From Candidatus Woesearchaeota archaeon (GTDB taxonomy: Archaea > Nanobdellota > Nanobdellia > SCGC-AAA011-G17 > PNOQ01), in assembly GCA_964481835.1 (NCBI GenBank), contig CAYZTT010000002.1, positions 7,533 through 71,532 of the forward strand: a stretch of DNA of 64,000 nt, in the 5' to 3' direction. Of the stretch, positions 38,718-48,983 are shown piece after piece. The position numbers were made by a program, and so were the translations under genes. The stretch's first letter is position 1; each line of letters opens with the position of its first letter. The notes under the pieces were generated by a model that worked only from the letters and a program-made list of their open reading frames with translations, searched no databases and was not told the origin of the DNA.

Positions 38718-41318
38718 TCACTCAATTTTTATTGCAGGTTTCGAGGGCATTGCTTTTTCGCTATCTTTTGTTATTTCAATCTTTAATTCTAATTCTTTTT
38801 CTAATAGCTTTTTATCTTTTTCAAGTGTCTTGTATTCCTTTTCTTGAGATAAAACTACTTTTGGTATCTTTGATGGGTTCTTGACTAATGAAGGAATTAT
38901 TTTTGCAATATCCTTCGCGAATTCTTTTATCATAAGTTTCTTTATCAATTCTGAAGGTTCTCGGGTTTTTTCCAGTTCTGCCTTTAGATTCTTAATAAGA
39001 TTGTATTTCCATTCGTGTGCAACAGATATCGTTGCTTTCTTAGGTTTAATTTTTACTAAATCTATAATTCTTTTTACGTCGGTTATTGTATCTCTTATTA
39101 ATTCCCCTTGTGCATCTAACTCTGGGTTTATTTTGGATTCGTCAAATTTGGGCCATTTTTCCTCAAGAACAAATTTTCTGTTCCCTGCTTTTTCCCATAA
39201 CTCTTCAGCTAAGTGCGGCGTAAAGGGGGAAAGTAGTTTAGCCAGTGTCCCTAGCGAATCTTTTGTTATTTCATGCCTATACATAAAATTGATTAGCTCG
39301 GTTAAGTGAATTGTAGATAGATTGTACTGCATCTTCTCAATTGTCTCTGTTATGTTTTTTATTGTTTTATTTAGAATGTTATCTAATTCTGGTGTTGATT
39401 TTGACACAAACTTCTTTTCTGCTAGCGGCAAAATTTTATTTATTACTTTAAAGGATCCTTCAATCCCTTTTTCAGACCATTCTTTGTCCTTTTCTGGAGA
39501 GCTTATAGATAAGAGAAAGAACCTTGCAGTGTCTATTCCGTATTTTTCTGCAATCTCTTCTTGTGTGACTGCATTTCCTTTAGATTTGGACATTACTATT
39601 CCGTTCTTATGTAGCATTCCTTGATTGAATAATTTTTTAGCGGGTTCATTAACTTTTGTCAGCTTTAAATCCTTCAATACCTTAGTTATGAATCTAGAAT
39701 ACATTAGGTGGCCTGTGGCATGTTCCTTTCCCCCAATGTAAAGATCAATTGGCATCCAGAAATCTGCTTTCTTTTTGGAGAAAATTTCTTTTTCATTTTG
39801 AGGATCTAGGAATCTTAAGAAATACCAAGAAGAATCTACGAAAGTATCCATTGTGTCTGTCTCTCTTTTTGCTTTTCCCTTACATTTAGGACATGTTGCA
39901 TTTTTGTATTCCTTAGAGGTCTCTAATGGATTCCCCCCGGATGTGAAATTTACATCTTCCGGAAGTTTTACTGGGAGATTTTTTTCATCTTCCGGGACCA
40001 TTCCACATTTGTCGCAATATAAAATTGGAATTGGGGTTCCCCAATATCTCTGTCTAGATAATAGCCAGTCTTTAAGTTTATAATTTGTTACAATCTCTCC
40101 CATTTTCTCTTCTTCTATCCATTCAGCCATTTTTGGGAGTGCTTCTCGATTATTCATTCCTGAGAATTTTCCTGAATCAAATAATATTCCATCGTTTGTA
40201 TATGCGTCATCTGCAGTCTTTGTATCCAGAGAACTCCCATCTTTACTTATTACAAATTTTAGAGGAATATCATATTTTTTTGCAAATCTAAAATCCCTTT
40301 TATCATGTGCATCACACATTACAATTCCAGAACCATACATGACTGCAAAATTAGATATATAGATTGGAACTTTCTCTCCATTTACAGGGTTAATAGCATA
40401 TTTCCCTATGAAAAATCCTTCTTTCTCTTTTTCTTCGTTTGTTCTATCAATCATTGATTCTTTTAGAACCTTGTTTATGAATTCTTTAGAATCTTTTTCG
40501 TATTTTGTTCCTTTTACTAAATCTTCTATGATTGGGTTTTCTGGAGCAATTGCTATGAATGTTACACTAAATATAGTATCACATCTTGTTGTGAATGCAG
40601 GTAGGATTTTTTCAGAATCTTCTAATTTGAAATGAATATCCACTCCTTCAGATTTTCCGATCCAGTTTCTTTGCATATTTTTTATTTCTTCTGGCCAGTC
40701 TAGCTTGTCTAAATCATTTAGGAGTTTGTCAGTGTATGCGGTTGTTTTGTAAAACCATTGGTTTAACTCCCTTAGCTCTACTTCTGTGTTTTCATGCCTC
40801 CAGCAGCATCCATTTACTACTTGCTCATTTGCTAAAACGGTTTCACATTTTGAGCACCAGTTTACGGGGGCAGTTTTTTTATAGGCAAGACCTTTTTTTA
40901 GCATTCTTAGGAATAACCATTGATTCCATTTGTAATAATCGGGATCGTGAGAATAAATCATTCTAGACCAATCATAGCTAAGCCCGAGTTCTTTCATTTG
41001 TTTCACAAAATTTTGTATGGCTTTCTCTGTGAATAGCCTTGGATGAGAATTATTCTTTATTGCTGCGTTTTCTGCAGGAAGTCCGAATGAATCAAATCCC
41101 ATTGGATGTAAAACATTAAATCCTTGCATTCGTTTGAATCTTGAAAATACGTCTGTTATTGAATAGTTTGAGGCGTGACCGATGTGTAATCCCGATCCAG
41201 AAGGGTATGGATACATACTTAGGCAATAAAACTTCTTCCCTTCGTTATCCTTAGTTTCGTAGATATTCGCCTTTTCCCATTCTACTTGCCATTTTTTCTC
41301 TATTTTACTGTAGTTCAT
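38718..41318 (-). CDS. leuS: leucyl-tRNA synthetase, bacterial type
   Basis: PYPSGSGLHIGH; editing domain; KMSKSKGN; 866 aa. Confidence 0.9.
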   Translation of the reverse strand: MNYSKIEKKWQVEWEKANIYETKDNEGKKFYCLSMYPYPSGSGLHIGHASNYSITDVFSRFKRMQGFNVLHPMGFDSFGLPAENAAIKNNSHPRLFTEKAIQNFVKQMKELGLSYDWSRMIYSHDPDYYKWNQWLFLRMLKKGLAYKKTAPVNWCSKCETVLANEQVVNGCCWRHENTEVELRELNQWFYKTTAYTDKLLNDLDKLDWPEEIKNMQRNWIGKSEGVDIHFKLEDSEKILPAFTTRCDTIFSVTFIAIAPENPIIEDLVKGTKYEKDSKEFINKVLKESMIDRTNEEKEKEGFFIGKYAINPVNGEKVPIYISNFAVMYGSGIVMCDAHDKRDFRFAKKYDIPLKFVISKDGSSLDTKTADDAYTNDGILFDSGKFSGMNNREALPKMAEWIEEEKMGEIVTNYKLKDWLLSRQRYWGTPIPILYCDKCGMVPEDEKNLPVKLPEDVNFTSGGNPLETSKEYKNATCPKCKGKAKRETDTMDTFVDSSWYFLRFLDPQNEKEIFSKKKADFWMPIDLYIGGKEHATGHLMYSRFITKVLKDLKLTKVNEPAKKLFNQGMLHKNGIVMSKSKGNAVTQEEIAEKYGIDTARFFLLSISSPEKDKEWSEKGIEGSFKVINKILPLAEKKFVSKSTPELDNILNKTIKNITETIEKMQYNLSTIHLTELINFMYRHEITKDSLGTLAKLLSPFTPHLAEELWEKAGNRKFVLEEKWPKFDESKINPELDAQGELIRDTITDVKRIIDLVKIKPKKATISVAHEWKYNLIKNLKAELEKTREPSELIKKLMIKEFAKDIAKIIPSLVKNPSKIPKVVLSQEKEYKTLEKDKKLLEKELELKIEITKDSEKAMPSKPAIKIE

Positions 41319-41398
41319 AGAATTCTGATAATTTGGGAGATTTAAATATTTTTGGTTTAGTAAGGTTTATAAAACAGAAATCGCCTCAAATAATTGCT

Positions 41399-41473
41399 GG
41401 ACCGGTAGCTCAGCTTGGATAGAGCACTTGCCTTCTAAGCAAGGGGTCGAGGGTTCAAATCCCTTCCGGTCCG
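41399..41473 (+). tRNA. tRNA-Arg (anticodon TCT)
   Basis: acceptor GGACCGG/CCGGTCC; D stem GCTC/GAGC; anticodon stem CTTGC/GCAAG with loop CTTCTAA; T arm GAGGG-TTCAAAT-CCCTT. Confidence 0.85.
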
Positions 41474-41477
41474 CTCT

Positions 41478-41548
41478 GCGCACGTGGCCAAGCGGTAAGG
41501 CAAGAGGCTGCAACCCTCTGATCCCCGGTTCGATTCCGGGCGTGCGCT
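41478..41548 (+). tRNA. tRNA-Cys (anticodon GCA)
   Basis: acceptor GCGCACG/CGTGCGC; anticodon stem AGAGG/CCTCT with loop CTGCAAC; T arm CCCGG-TTCGATT-CCGGG; discriminator T; 4-nt spacer from tRNA-Arg. Confidence 0.85.
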
Positions 41549-41584
41549 TGACTATTTTTATGGAAAGAATTAAATATGTGATTT

Positions 41585-42058
41585 GTGAGAATATTATATC
41601 AAAATGGGGTGGTGCATATGAAAAAAATAGTTTTCTTGTTTTTGGCTTTAGCTTTAACTCTGTCTGGATGCGGAGAATCGGAAGTTACTCCAAATAATGA
41701 TCCTGAAACAAACACATCAGTTAATAACTCGTTACCAGATGATACAATTCCTATAAATGAAACCACAAACTCTACAGAAGGCAACGAAACAAATGAAACT
41801 GTCGGGATTCTTGGAACTTGTGATGATAGTGATGATGGCAAAGAATATGATGAATGGGGATATGTAACAATAAATGATTCTAAAGAATATTTGGATGGCT
41901 GCATTTCAGATTATATTCTAAGAGAGTATTATTGTGATGTAGATTTCCCAGGAAACTTAGAATTCGAGATTTATAATTGTGATGAGGTTTGTAGTGGCGG
42001 AGAATGCATAGTCATAGAAGATGAGCCAGACGATAATGAAACTAACGCAACAGAATAA
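41585..42058 (+). CDS. secreted Cys-rich, lipoprotein-like protein (likely start MKKIVF at 41618)
   Basis: signal peptide with LSGC lipobox-like site; NxT-rich region; Cys-rich C-terminal domain. Confidence 0.5.
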   Translation: MRILYQNGVVHMKKIVFLFLALALTLSGCGESEVTPNNDPETNTSVNNSLPDDTIPINETTNSTEGNETNETVGILGTCDDSDDGKEYDEWGYVTINDSKEYLDGCISDYILREYYCDVDFPGNLEFEIYNCDEVCSGGECIVIEDEPDDNETNATE

Positions 42059-42061
42059 AAA

Positions 42062-42964
42062 TTAAACTTCAAATTTTTTCTTTTTCTTTTGTTTCTTCTT
42101 TTTGTACCTTCTAAAGAAGAAGTAAACTATCGCAAGTATTGCTATACCTGCCACGACATATGTCCCAGTTCTATCTGGGGCCGCATTATCTAACGAGTCC
42201 ACAAAATAGGAGGGATCGTAATATACTGTTTTTTGTACAGATCTCCGTTCATTTGTAGAATCTGTGTAGATTAGGTTAACAGTTATCTCTCCTTCAGCGG
42301 GAGTTGCCTCGAAATCGGCAGTGGTATATTCATTTGAATCTAAATCTCCAACTATATTTCTGTTTGAACCTTTAACCGCAACATTATCTTGTTTTGGAAG
42401 TTCCACCGTTAATGCCTCAATATCTTGATTTCCTACGTTTAGAATCTCAAGAACTAAATTCCTTTCCTTTATATTATAATCTTCTACATGAATTTCAAAA
42501 TCGGTTCTTCCATCCTCTACAGTAATGTTAAATTTTTTGAATATATAACTCCCCCCATAAAGGTTGTCTCCGCCTGCGTATCGAAGTTCGATTTCATAAT
42601 CATCTTCTATTGCATTTTGATCAATTCGAATCTTATAAACAATATTCCAGAAGTTATTGTTTCCATCTCCAGCATATGTGCCTGATCCAAGAATCCTCGA
42701 ACTGTCTTTGCCATCTAATGAGAATGGGTAATCTAGGACCAGCTCTGCTACGGCCCCCTCTTCACAATCTCCTCCAATCCCATTGACCTGGAGTAATACC
42801 TCCACATAATCCCCGGAAAGTGCAGGATGTGGATCTTGATTTACTAGTTCTGCATCCAAATTGCATATAGCAAATGCTGGGGAAGCAAGAATTGGTAAAG
42901 CCATAATTATAAATAATACGCTAAAAATCACCTTTTTTTTTATTACTGCATTTTTCATAATCAT
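42062..42964 (-). CDS. surface protein with N-terminal signal, C-terminal TM anchor and poly-Lys tail
   Basis: C-terminal GIAILAIVYFFFRRYKKKKQKKKKK. Confidence 0.55.
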   Translation of the reverse strand: MIMKNAVIKKKVIFSVLFIIMALPILASPAFAICNLDAELVNQDPHPALSGDYVEVLLQVNGIGGDCEEGAVAELVLDYPFSLDGKDSSRILGSGTYAGDGNNNFWNIVYKIRIDQNAIEDDYEIELRYAGGDNLYGGSYIFKKFNITVEDGRTDFEIHVEDYNIKERNLVLEILNVGNQDIEALTVELPKQDNVAVKGSNRNIVGDLDSNEYTTADFEATPAEGEITVNLIYTDSTNERRSVQKTVYYDPSYFVDSLDNAAPDRTGTYVVAGIAILAIVYFFFRRYKKKKQKKKKKFEV

Positions 42965-42995
42965 TTTTGTTTCTATCCGTATATAAACTTTTTGG

Positions 42996-44201
42996 CTACT
43001 CGTTTCTTAATGCATCTACTGGGTTTGTTTTCGAAGCCCTGATTGCTGGAAAAACCCCCGAGATTGCCCCGGTTATTCCTGCAAATAATATCAATCCTAT
43101 GAATAAATATGGGGGAAAAGATGGCTGGAGAAATCCCCAACCCAGGTTACCCAATATTACTCCCCCTGAATATGAGATCGCCCACCCAAATATGACTCCA
43201 ATAGTTCCTGCGACTATGCCCAGGAATGCACTTTCAAATAAGAATATTTCAAAGATACTTGAGTTTCTTGCCCCCATTGCTTTGAGGACTCCAATTTCTT
43301 TATACCTTTCAAGGACAGAAGTAATCATTGTATTTGCGGTGTTAATTGTAGAAACTAATACGGAAATTAATGCAATTAAGATCACAAATCCAATTATGAT
43401 ATTTAGTGCGCTGGCAAATGATTCAATTAGTTCATCGTATGATTGAACAAAGAAATCTTCTTTCCCTTCTTCAAGATCTCTTGATTTCCTAAGATTTCTC
43501 CCTATGTTTTCATTCACCCTCCCAATATCCTGTATATCTACCTGGGCAATTATTTGCCCATATGATTCTGTATCTGGAAACATTATCTCAAATTGATCAT
43601 TACTTACGTAAAGCTGTGAATCATCTTGGGGATTCCCGATTTCCTCCATGAAACCCACTACCTTAAGTTTTACATCATTAACTTCTATATTGTCGTTAAG
43701 CTCATATCTTTTTGGGAGAATTTTGTTGGGAATCATATAATTATATCCCAAAACTACGGACCTCATATCCCCCGGCTTAAGTAGTCTCCCTTCTTCGGCA
43801 CCGATGTTAAATGAATCTATAACAAAATCTTTTTTTGGATCATAGCCTATTAAGAACGTATATTTTTGATCTCCGTTTTGCTTGACTACCGCAGCATTAA
43901 AATATAGGCCCGATGCCCCATAAACTCCTGCGGTGCGTTCTATTTGGCGTACGTCTGTATCGTTAAGTATTATTCCCTCAACTGCCCCAAATCCCCCCGC
44001 CCCTTGGGGCATCACCAATACCTTGTCGGCAGATGAGCTAGAAGTTAATTCATCTGTATAGTTGTATAACCCATAGCCAAAGCTTATGAAAATAAATATT
44101 GTTGTGATTCCCACCAATATGGAGAATAAAGTTAATATGCTTCTACCTTTATTTTGTCTCAGGTTCCTTAAGGAATATCTGACACTCTCAAGACTTATCA
44201 T
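42996..44201 (-). CDS. ABC transporter permease, FtsX/MacB-like
   Basis: N-terminal TM; large extracytoplasmic domain; C-terminal 3-TM FtsX module. Confidence 0.8.
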   Translation of the reverse strand: MISLESVRYSLRNLRQNKGRSILTLFSILVGITTIFIFISFGYGLYNYTDELTSSSSADKVLVMPQGAGGFGAVEGIILNDTDVRQIERTAGVYGASGLYFNAAVVKQNGDQKYTFLIGYDPKKDFVIDSFNIGAEEGRLLKPGDMRSVVLGYNYMIPNKILPKRYELNDNIEVNDVKLKVVGFMEEIGNPQDDSQLYVSNDQFEIMFPDTESYGQIIAQVDIQDIGRVNENIGRNLRKSRDLEEGKEDFFVQSYDELIESFASALNIIIGFVILIALISVLVSTINTANTMITSVLERYKEIGVLKAMGARNSSIFEIFLFESAFLGIVAGTIGVIFGWAISYSGGVILGNLGWGFLQPSFPPYLFIGLILFAGITGAISGVFPAIRASKTNPVDALRNE

Positions 44202-45421
44202 CCCCTTAGTGCCTCCACTGGATTTTGTTTAGCAGCTTTCATCGCTGGAACGATTCCTGCAATTCCACCGATTAGGAAGCTGCCAAGTAATGAAAAGGCT
44301 ATTAAGATAACATCTACATTCGGTGCTAGCTCGGTACCCAACCATCCATTTATTCCCATTGTACCAACCACCCCGATTATAGTTCCAAATAGGGCCCCAA
44401 CAATCCCCCCAATCAATCCTAATAAACTGGATTCAATAAAGAATTGCAAGAATATGTGGCTGTTTTTTGCGCCAATAGACTTCATAATCCCGATTTCTTT
44501 CTTTCTTTCTAGGACCGAAGTAGTCATTGTATTAACAATCCCAATTGCGCCTATGAAGATGGAGATCGATGCAACAATGGCTATGAATATTTGAACTCCG
44601 CTTAGAATACTATTAACTGTTGCTAATGCTGCCTCTGGGGTGCTGACTTCGAAGTCCTCTTCCCCTTCCTTTACTCCTCTTCGATTTCTTAATAATTTCT
44701 CGATATCCGTTTTAGTTTTTTGCATTTCATCCGTGTCTTTTGGTTGAGCGATCACTATACTTGCTTCATCTCCAAACCCGAAGATATCATCCATATCCCC
44801 TTCATCCATCAATACTATGTTGTCCATTATTAGGCTGCCTTGCTTATCGACTATCCCAATTACTTCAAAATCTTCATCGTTTATGATTACACTCTTTCCG
44901 GGGGAAATTATTTTTCCACCCCAGTCTTCTTCATTTGTGTAAAAATTATATCCTAGAACTACTTTTCCTGAATCTCCGCTGTCGAGATGTCTCCCAGTTA
45001 AGAGATCTAGATCCAGATTTGTATATATCATCTTTCGATCTTCATCGTTATTGGGAATACTCCCCACATATCTGAACTGCACGTTATCGTTAAATTCGAC
45101 TATCCCAGAATTAATATTTCTTCGAACCGCATTCTCAACACTGCTCAACCTCTCTATGGCATCTACATCCGATTGGGTTAAGGGGTCTACCACATTGCTC
45201 CCAGGGGGACCATAACCACTTAGGCCTCCTGCCTGGATTGTTATAAATTCATTAGAGCTTACGCCAAATTGTGTGGCCACTGCCATCTGCAACCCATTGC
45301 CTAGGGATATCAAAGAAACTACCGCTGTTACTCCAATAAATATCCCAAGAAGTGTTAACCAAGATCTAATGCCCCTATGTTTAAGGTTTTTTAATGCTAG
45401 GGAGAAGAAATCAGAAATCAT
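44198..45421 (-). CDS. ABC transporter permease, FtsX/MacB-like (paralog)
   Basis: same architecture; 4-nt overlap with the neighbouring permease gene. Confidence 0.8.
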   Translation of the reverse strand: MISDFFSLALKNLKHRGIRSWLTLLGIFIGVTAVVSLISLGNGLQMAVATQFGVSSNEFITIQAGGLSGYGPPGSNVVDPLTQSDVDAIERLSSVENAVRRNINSGIVEFNDNVQFRYVGSIPNNDEDRKMIYTNLDLDLLTGRHLDSGDSGKVVLGYNFYTNEEDWGGKIISPGKSVIINDEDFEVIGIVDKQGSLIMDNIVLMDEGDMDDIFGFGDEASIVIAQPKDTDEMQKTKTDIEKLLRNRRGVKEGEEDFEVSTPEAALATVNSILSGVQIFIAIVASISIFIGAIGIVNTMTTSVLERKKEIGIMKSIGAKNSHIFLQFFIESSLLGLIGGIVGALFGTIIGVVGTMGINGWLGTELAPNVDVILIAFSLLGSFLIGGIAGIVPAMKAAKQNPVEALRG

Positions 45422-45422
45422 C

Positions 45423-46175
45423 CTATTTACTCTCCTTTATTTTCCCCTTGCTTGTCTCGCCCCACCCATTTTTCTTTTGGGTTATTTTTTCAACTTTTCC
45501 ATCCCTTAACCAAAAAACTGTATCTGCATGTGCTTGGGCTAACTCAGGCTCGTGAGTCACCATAATAATCGTTTTCCCTTTTTTATTTAGGTTTTCTAAG
45601 AAATCCATAACTGTCGCTCCAGTTTTTGTATCGAGGTTTCCAGTGGGTTCGTCAGCTAAAATTACTTCTGGAGAGTTTGCCAGAGATCTTGCGATTGCAA
45701 CTCGTTGTTGTTGCCCCCCGGACAATTCATTTGGAGCATGATTCATCCTATCCGTAAGCTCAACCATTTTCATTAGTTTGGTAGCTCTAAAATCTCTTTC
45801 ATCTGCCCCATATCCTTGAAAAATCATTGGGACCATTACATTCTCTTTTGCTGTGAGGTTATTTATCAAATTGAAGGATTGGAAAATGAAACCGATCTTC
45901 TTCCCTCGTATCTGTGCCAAATCAGATTCGCTTAGTGTAGATATATCTTCTCCATCTAGAAATATTTTGCCTCTTGTTGGGACATCTAGGCTTCCAATTA
46001 GGTTCATCATAGTTGACTTTCCTGAGCCGGATGGACCCATAATCGCAACGAAATCTCCCTCCTTGATCTCTAAAGAAACCCCATCTACCGCCCTGACAAT
46101 GTTTTGCCCCATCCGGTAATATTTACAAACTTTGTCTAACTTTATAACTGGCTTTTTATCCTCTCTTTTTTCCAT
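45423..46175 (-). CDS. ABC transporter ATP-binding protein (MacB/LolD-like)
   Basis: GPSGSGKST; [15 protein letters not shown]; [11 protein letters not shown]. Confidence 0.9.
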   Translation of the reverse strand: MEKREDKKPVIKLDKVCKYYRMGQNIVRAVDGVSLEIKEGDFVAIMGPSGSGKSTMMNLIGSLDVPTRGKIFLDGEDISTLSESDLAQIRGKKIGFIFQSFNLINNLTAKENVMVPMIFQGYGADERDFRATKLMKMVELTDRMNHAPNELSGGQQQRVAIARSLANSPEVILADEPTGNLDTKTGATVMDFLENLNKKGKTIIMVTHEPELAQAHADTVFWLRDGKVEKITQKKNGWGETSKGKIKESK

Positions 46176-46246
46176 ATAGAATTATTAAGTCAGAGTATAT
46201 ATAAATCTAACTCAAATTTATTAAAAATTAAAAAAGAAAAGGAAAT

Positions 46247-47581
46247 TTATTTCCTTCTTCTAAAGATTAACACTACGAAATATATTGCTACTATTACTAA
46301 TAGAATATCTCCTAGTATCCAGAAAATTGTGGACCAAGTGTCTTTGTCTAGAGTTGCGCTTGCAAATCCTGTTGGCAGGTATACTGTGTTTGTTGACTCA
46401 GTATCTACGTTATCATCCGCAGTTCCGTCCCCTGTGTCATCATCTGATGTATCATCATCTGAATCAGAAACAGCGCAAGGATCCACTTGGATATCTACGT
46501 ATTCTCCACCAATCACATCATTGTCCTCGTTATATGCAAGGATTTTTAATGTGTAGCTTGTTTCAGTCAATCCGTTTGGCAAAGTAACCAAGAAATCTTC
46601 ATCTTGTTCTCTGTCATCGTAATCTCCTGAATCTAGATCAAATTCGTCTGACCTGATAGTATAGTCTAGGCCTTCAAGTTCTAATTTCAGATACATGTCG
46701 TCCAAATCGTCCTCTCCAGTATTGATTGCATCAATACTTACTGAGAAAACAGAACCACAAGTAAATGTTTGTGTAGGCATGTCTAAGTTATCAAATTTGA
46801 CTTCTTCATCTTCGTCTTTTGTGACTTCCACAATATTTTTGTAAACTGTAAAAGCTTCGAAATCTTCTCCGTCTTCAGTTTCCCCTTCCACTCTAATCTT
46901 TACGTCGAATTCATCTTCATCGACATTGATAGGTGTTTCAAAGGTAAACTTATAGTCATACTCATCGCTTTTATCGATATCTTCTTTTGAAGATTCGTCA
47001 TCTAAATCATCGTTGTCATCTATATTCACTATCCAGATTTCTACAATAACGTCTTCTAGATCCCCTGAGAACTCGTTCTCAATTTCAACATCGGAGTCAA
47101 ACTCTTCTCCAGGTTGTAGATCGTCTAAGTCGTCATCATCCAGAGTAATCTTTACAAATTCGGATGTGGTTTCGATAGTTATTTCAAATGTCTTTGTAAC
47201 ACTCTCATTTCCATCTGTTGCTAGAACCTCAAATGTACCTCTAAGATCTCCAAGGTATTGGTCTGCGTCAGGTGTAAATGAAATTGTTATTGTATCATTA
47301 GTTCCTTGTAAAAGTCCTGCGAGAGTAGTCATTTCAACTAGTATCTCATTTCCGGCATAATCTGTGAACTGTGCTTGATCAAAAGTTACAGATATATCTG
47401 TGAAGTCTACGCCTCCAGTGTTATCAAGAGTGACATCCACAGCTCCTGTCTCGCTCTGGTCCAATACTAACTCTGTATTAGATAGTGTTATTTCGAGATC
47501 GGGGTTTGCCGCTAGTGTTTCAGAACTTGCAAAAACTGCTAAAACTAACAAAATTCCTAGGAATGGTATTGTTTTGTTCAT
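46247..47581 (-). CDS. highly acidic (Asp/Glu-rich) surface protein with C-terminal TM anchor and RRRK tail
   Basis: signal peptide; DDxDD repeats; C-terminal YLPTGFASATLDKDTWSTIFWILGDILLVIVAIYFVVLIFRRRK. Confidence 0.6.
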   Translation of the reverse strand: MNKTIPFLGILLVLAVFASSETLAANPDLEITLSNTELVLDQSETGAVDVTLDNTGGVDFTDISVTFDQAQFTDYAGNEILVEMTTLAGLLQGTNDTITISFTPDADQYLGDLRGTFEVLATDGNESVTKTFEITIETTSEFVKITLDDDDLDDLQPGEEFDSDVEIENEFSGDLEDVIVEIWIVNIDDNDDLDDESSKEDIDKSDEYDYKFTFETPINVDEDEFDVKIRVEGETEDGEDFEAFTVYKNIVEVTKDEDEEVKFDNLDMPTQTFTCGSVFSVSIDAINTGEDDLDDMYLKLELEGLDYTIRSDEFDLDSGDYDDREQDEDFLVTLPNGLTETSYTLKILAYNEDNDVIGGEYVDIQVDPCAVSDSDDDTSDDDTGDGTADDNVDTESTNTVYLPTGFASATLDKDTWSTIFWILGDILLVIVAIYFVVLIFRRRK

Positions 47582-47674
47582 TTTTAACCCCCATTATAAT
47601 AATGTTGTTATTGTGGAGTTGTGAAAGCTTTATAAGGGTTTCCATGTCTATAAAATAGTTAAATTTATAAGAAA

Positions 47675-48028
47675 TTGAGGCGATATTTAGGTAAAATGAG
47701 CATTGAAGATATCACTGGAAATCCGGAAGATGTTGCGGGAGAAAACTTGGAACAGACCGCAAGTACTGCTAAGGGCCCGGAAGATAATGGGGAAGATAGC
47801 CCATATATGCCCAAAAAGGGGTATAAGAAGGATGAATACCCTGAAAATGGCGATAAAGAGGAGTATTTGATGCCAAAATCACCAGATTTGGGGGCTCCAG
47901 TAACTGGCCCAAGTGAAAATCTTAAATATGATCCTTTCGTTAAATTAGAAGAAGAGGAAGAAAAACCGGCCGAGGATGAAAAAGAAGGTGAAGAAGAGGA
48001 AGAATCTGAAGAAGAGGAAGACGAATAA
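47675..48028 (+). CDS. acidic protein with poly-Glu tail (likely start MSIEDI at 47696)
   Basis: ORF; EEEEE tail. Confidence 0.4.
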   Translation: MRRYLGKMSIEDITGNPEDVAGENLEQTASTAKGPEDNGEDSPYMPKKGYKKDEYPENGDKEEYLMPKSPDLGAPVTGPSENLKYDPFVKLEEEEEKPAEDEKEGEEEEESEEEEDE

Positions 48029-48575
48029 CTATTATAGTGATTTGTTTATCCGGCTTCTTGGAATTTTGCTAGTTACTCTTAATTTTAACCTGTTTTATGT
48101 TATTTTGACTCCCATTACACTTTATCTCTCATATTTCCTTGCAAATCTGTTTTATAATGCCGTGATTGTAGGCAGTGCCATTGGAGTTGATGGGTTTGGG
48201 TTCAATATTATTAATGCCTGTGTTGCGGGAGCCGCATATTATCTACTTTTCTTATTGGTAATGGGATTAAAGGATTGTTCGTGGACTAAGCGAGTAAAGA
48301 TGTTTTTTAGTGGAGCATTTATCCTTCTGGCGGTTAATGTGATAAGAATATTTATTCTAATGGTCTTAAATCTTGAATTGGGCCATAGTTACTTTGAGGC
48401 AGTTCATTTAATATTCTGGAATTTTATGTCTGGAATTTTCATTTTTCTGATATGGATTTTCTTGGTCAAGAAATTCAAAGCAGGGGGAATTCCATTTCTA
48501 TCGGATATTCGATTCTTATTTGATAATAGTTTATTAAAAAGAAACAAATCCAAAGTAAAGAAGAGAAACAAGTAG
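47976..48575 (+). CDS. polytopic membrane protein, possible minimal archaeosortase/exosortase-family transpeptidase (start may be TTG at 48042)
   Basis: 5-6 TM; Cys in INACVAG and Arg in NVIRI about 42 residues apart, as for the catalytic Cys/Arg of ArtA; basic termini. Confidence 0.35.
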   Translation: MKKKVKKRKNLKKRKTNNYYSDLFIRLLGILLVTLNFNLFYVILTPITLYLSYFLANLFYNAVIVGSAIGVDGFGFNIINACVAGAAYYLLFLLVMGLKDCSWTKRVKMFFSGAFILLAVNVIRIFILMVLNLELGHSYFEAVHLIFWNFMSGIFIFLIWIFLVKKFKAGGIPFLSDIRFLFDNSLLKRNKSKVKKRNK

Positions 48576-48983
48576 TGCGGCTACAAATATCCCCAGTATT
48601 ATTGTAGATATTGCTTTCATTCTATTTATATTGAATAGCCATGCTGCCAAGGTTCCGGTATATGCGCCAGTTAGGGGAAATGGAATGGCAACAAATAAGA
48701 ATAGTGTTGGAAGCTCCCATTTTGTACCGATCTTGTGTTCTATTTTATTTCTTGTTCTTGAAACCCATTTGTCAAAAAAGAATTTGTATGGTTTAAATTT
48801 ATAGAAAACCGAATGGAATGTATCTAAGAAAATGAAAAATATTGGAACTATTAGTATGTTTGCCAATATTGAGAATATGAATGCGTTTGTGAAATCTACT
48901 CCGGAAGCCAAAGCGTAGGGAATTCCTCCTCGAACTTCAGAAATTGGAAGCATACTAAGTATTACGGTTTTTATTAGAGTCAT
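48534..48983 (-). CDS. small polytopic membrane protein (possibly COG2426-like small multidrug-export family)
   Basis: 4 TM; N-terminal SEVRGGIP. Confidence 0.45.
   Translation of the reverse strand: MTLIKTVILSMLPISEVRGGIPYALASGVDFTNAFIFSILANILIVPIFFIFLDTFHSVFYKFKPYKFFFDKWVSRTRNKIEHKIGTKWELPTLFLFVAIPFPLTGAYTGTLAAWLFNINRMKAISTIILGIFVAALLVSLLYFGFVSF

Noticed and set aside
41428-41697. 89-aa ORF on the plus strand spanning tRNA-Arg(TCT) and tRNA-Cys
   Set aside because: Overlaps two well-folded tRNA genes; the translation is low-complexity read-through; spurious.
46247-47581. PGF-CTERM sorting signal in the acidic surface protein
   Set aside because: PTGF is separated from the TM helix by about 13 residues, unlike canonical PGF-CTERM; retained only as weak support for the archaeosortase hypothesis.
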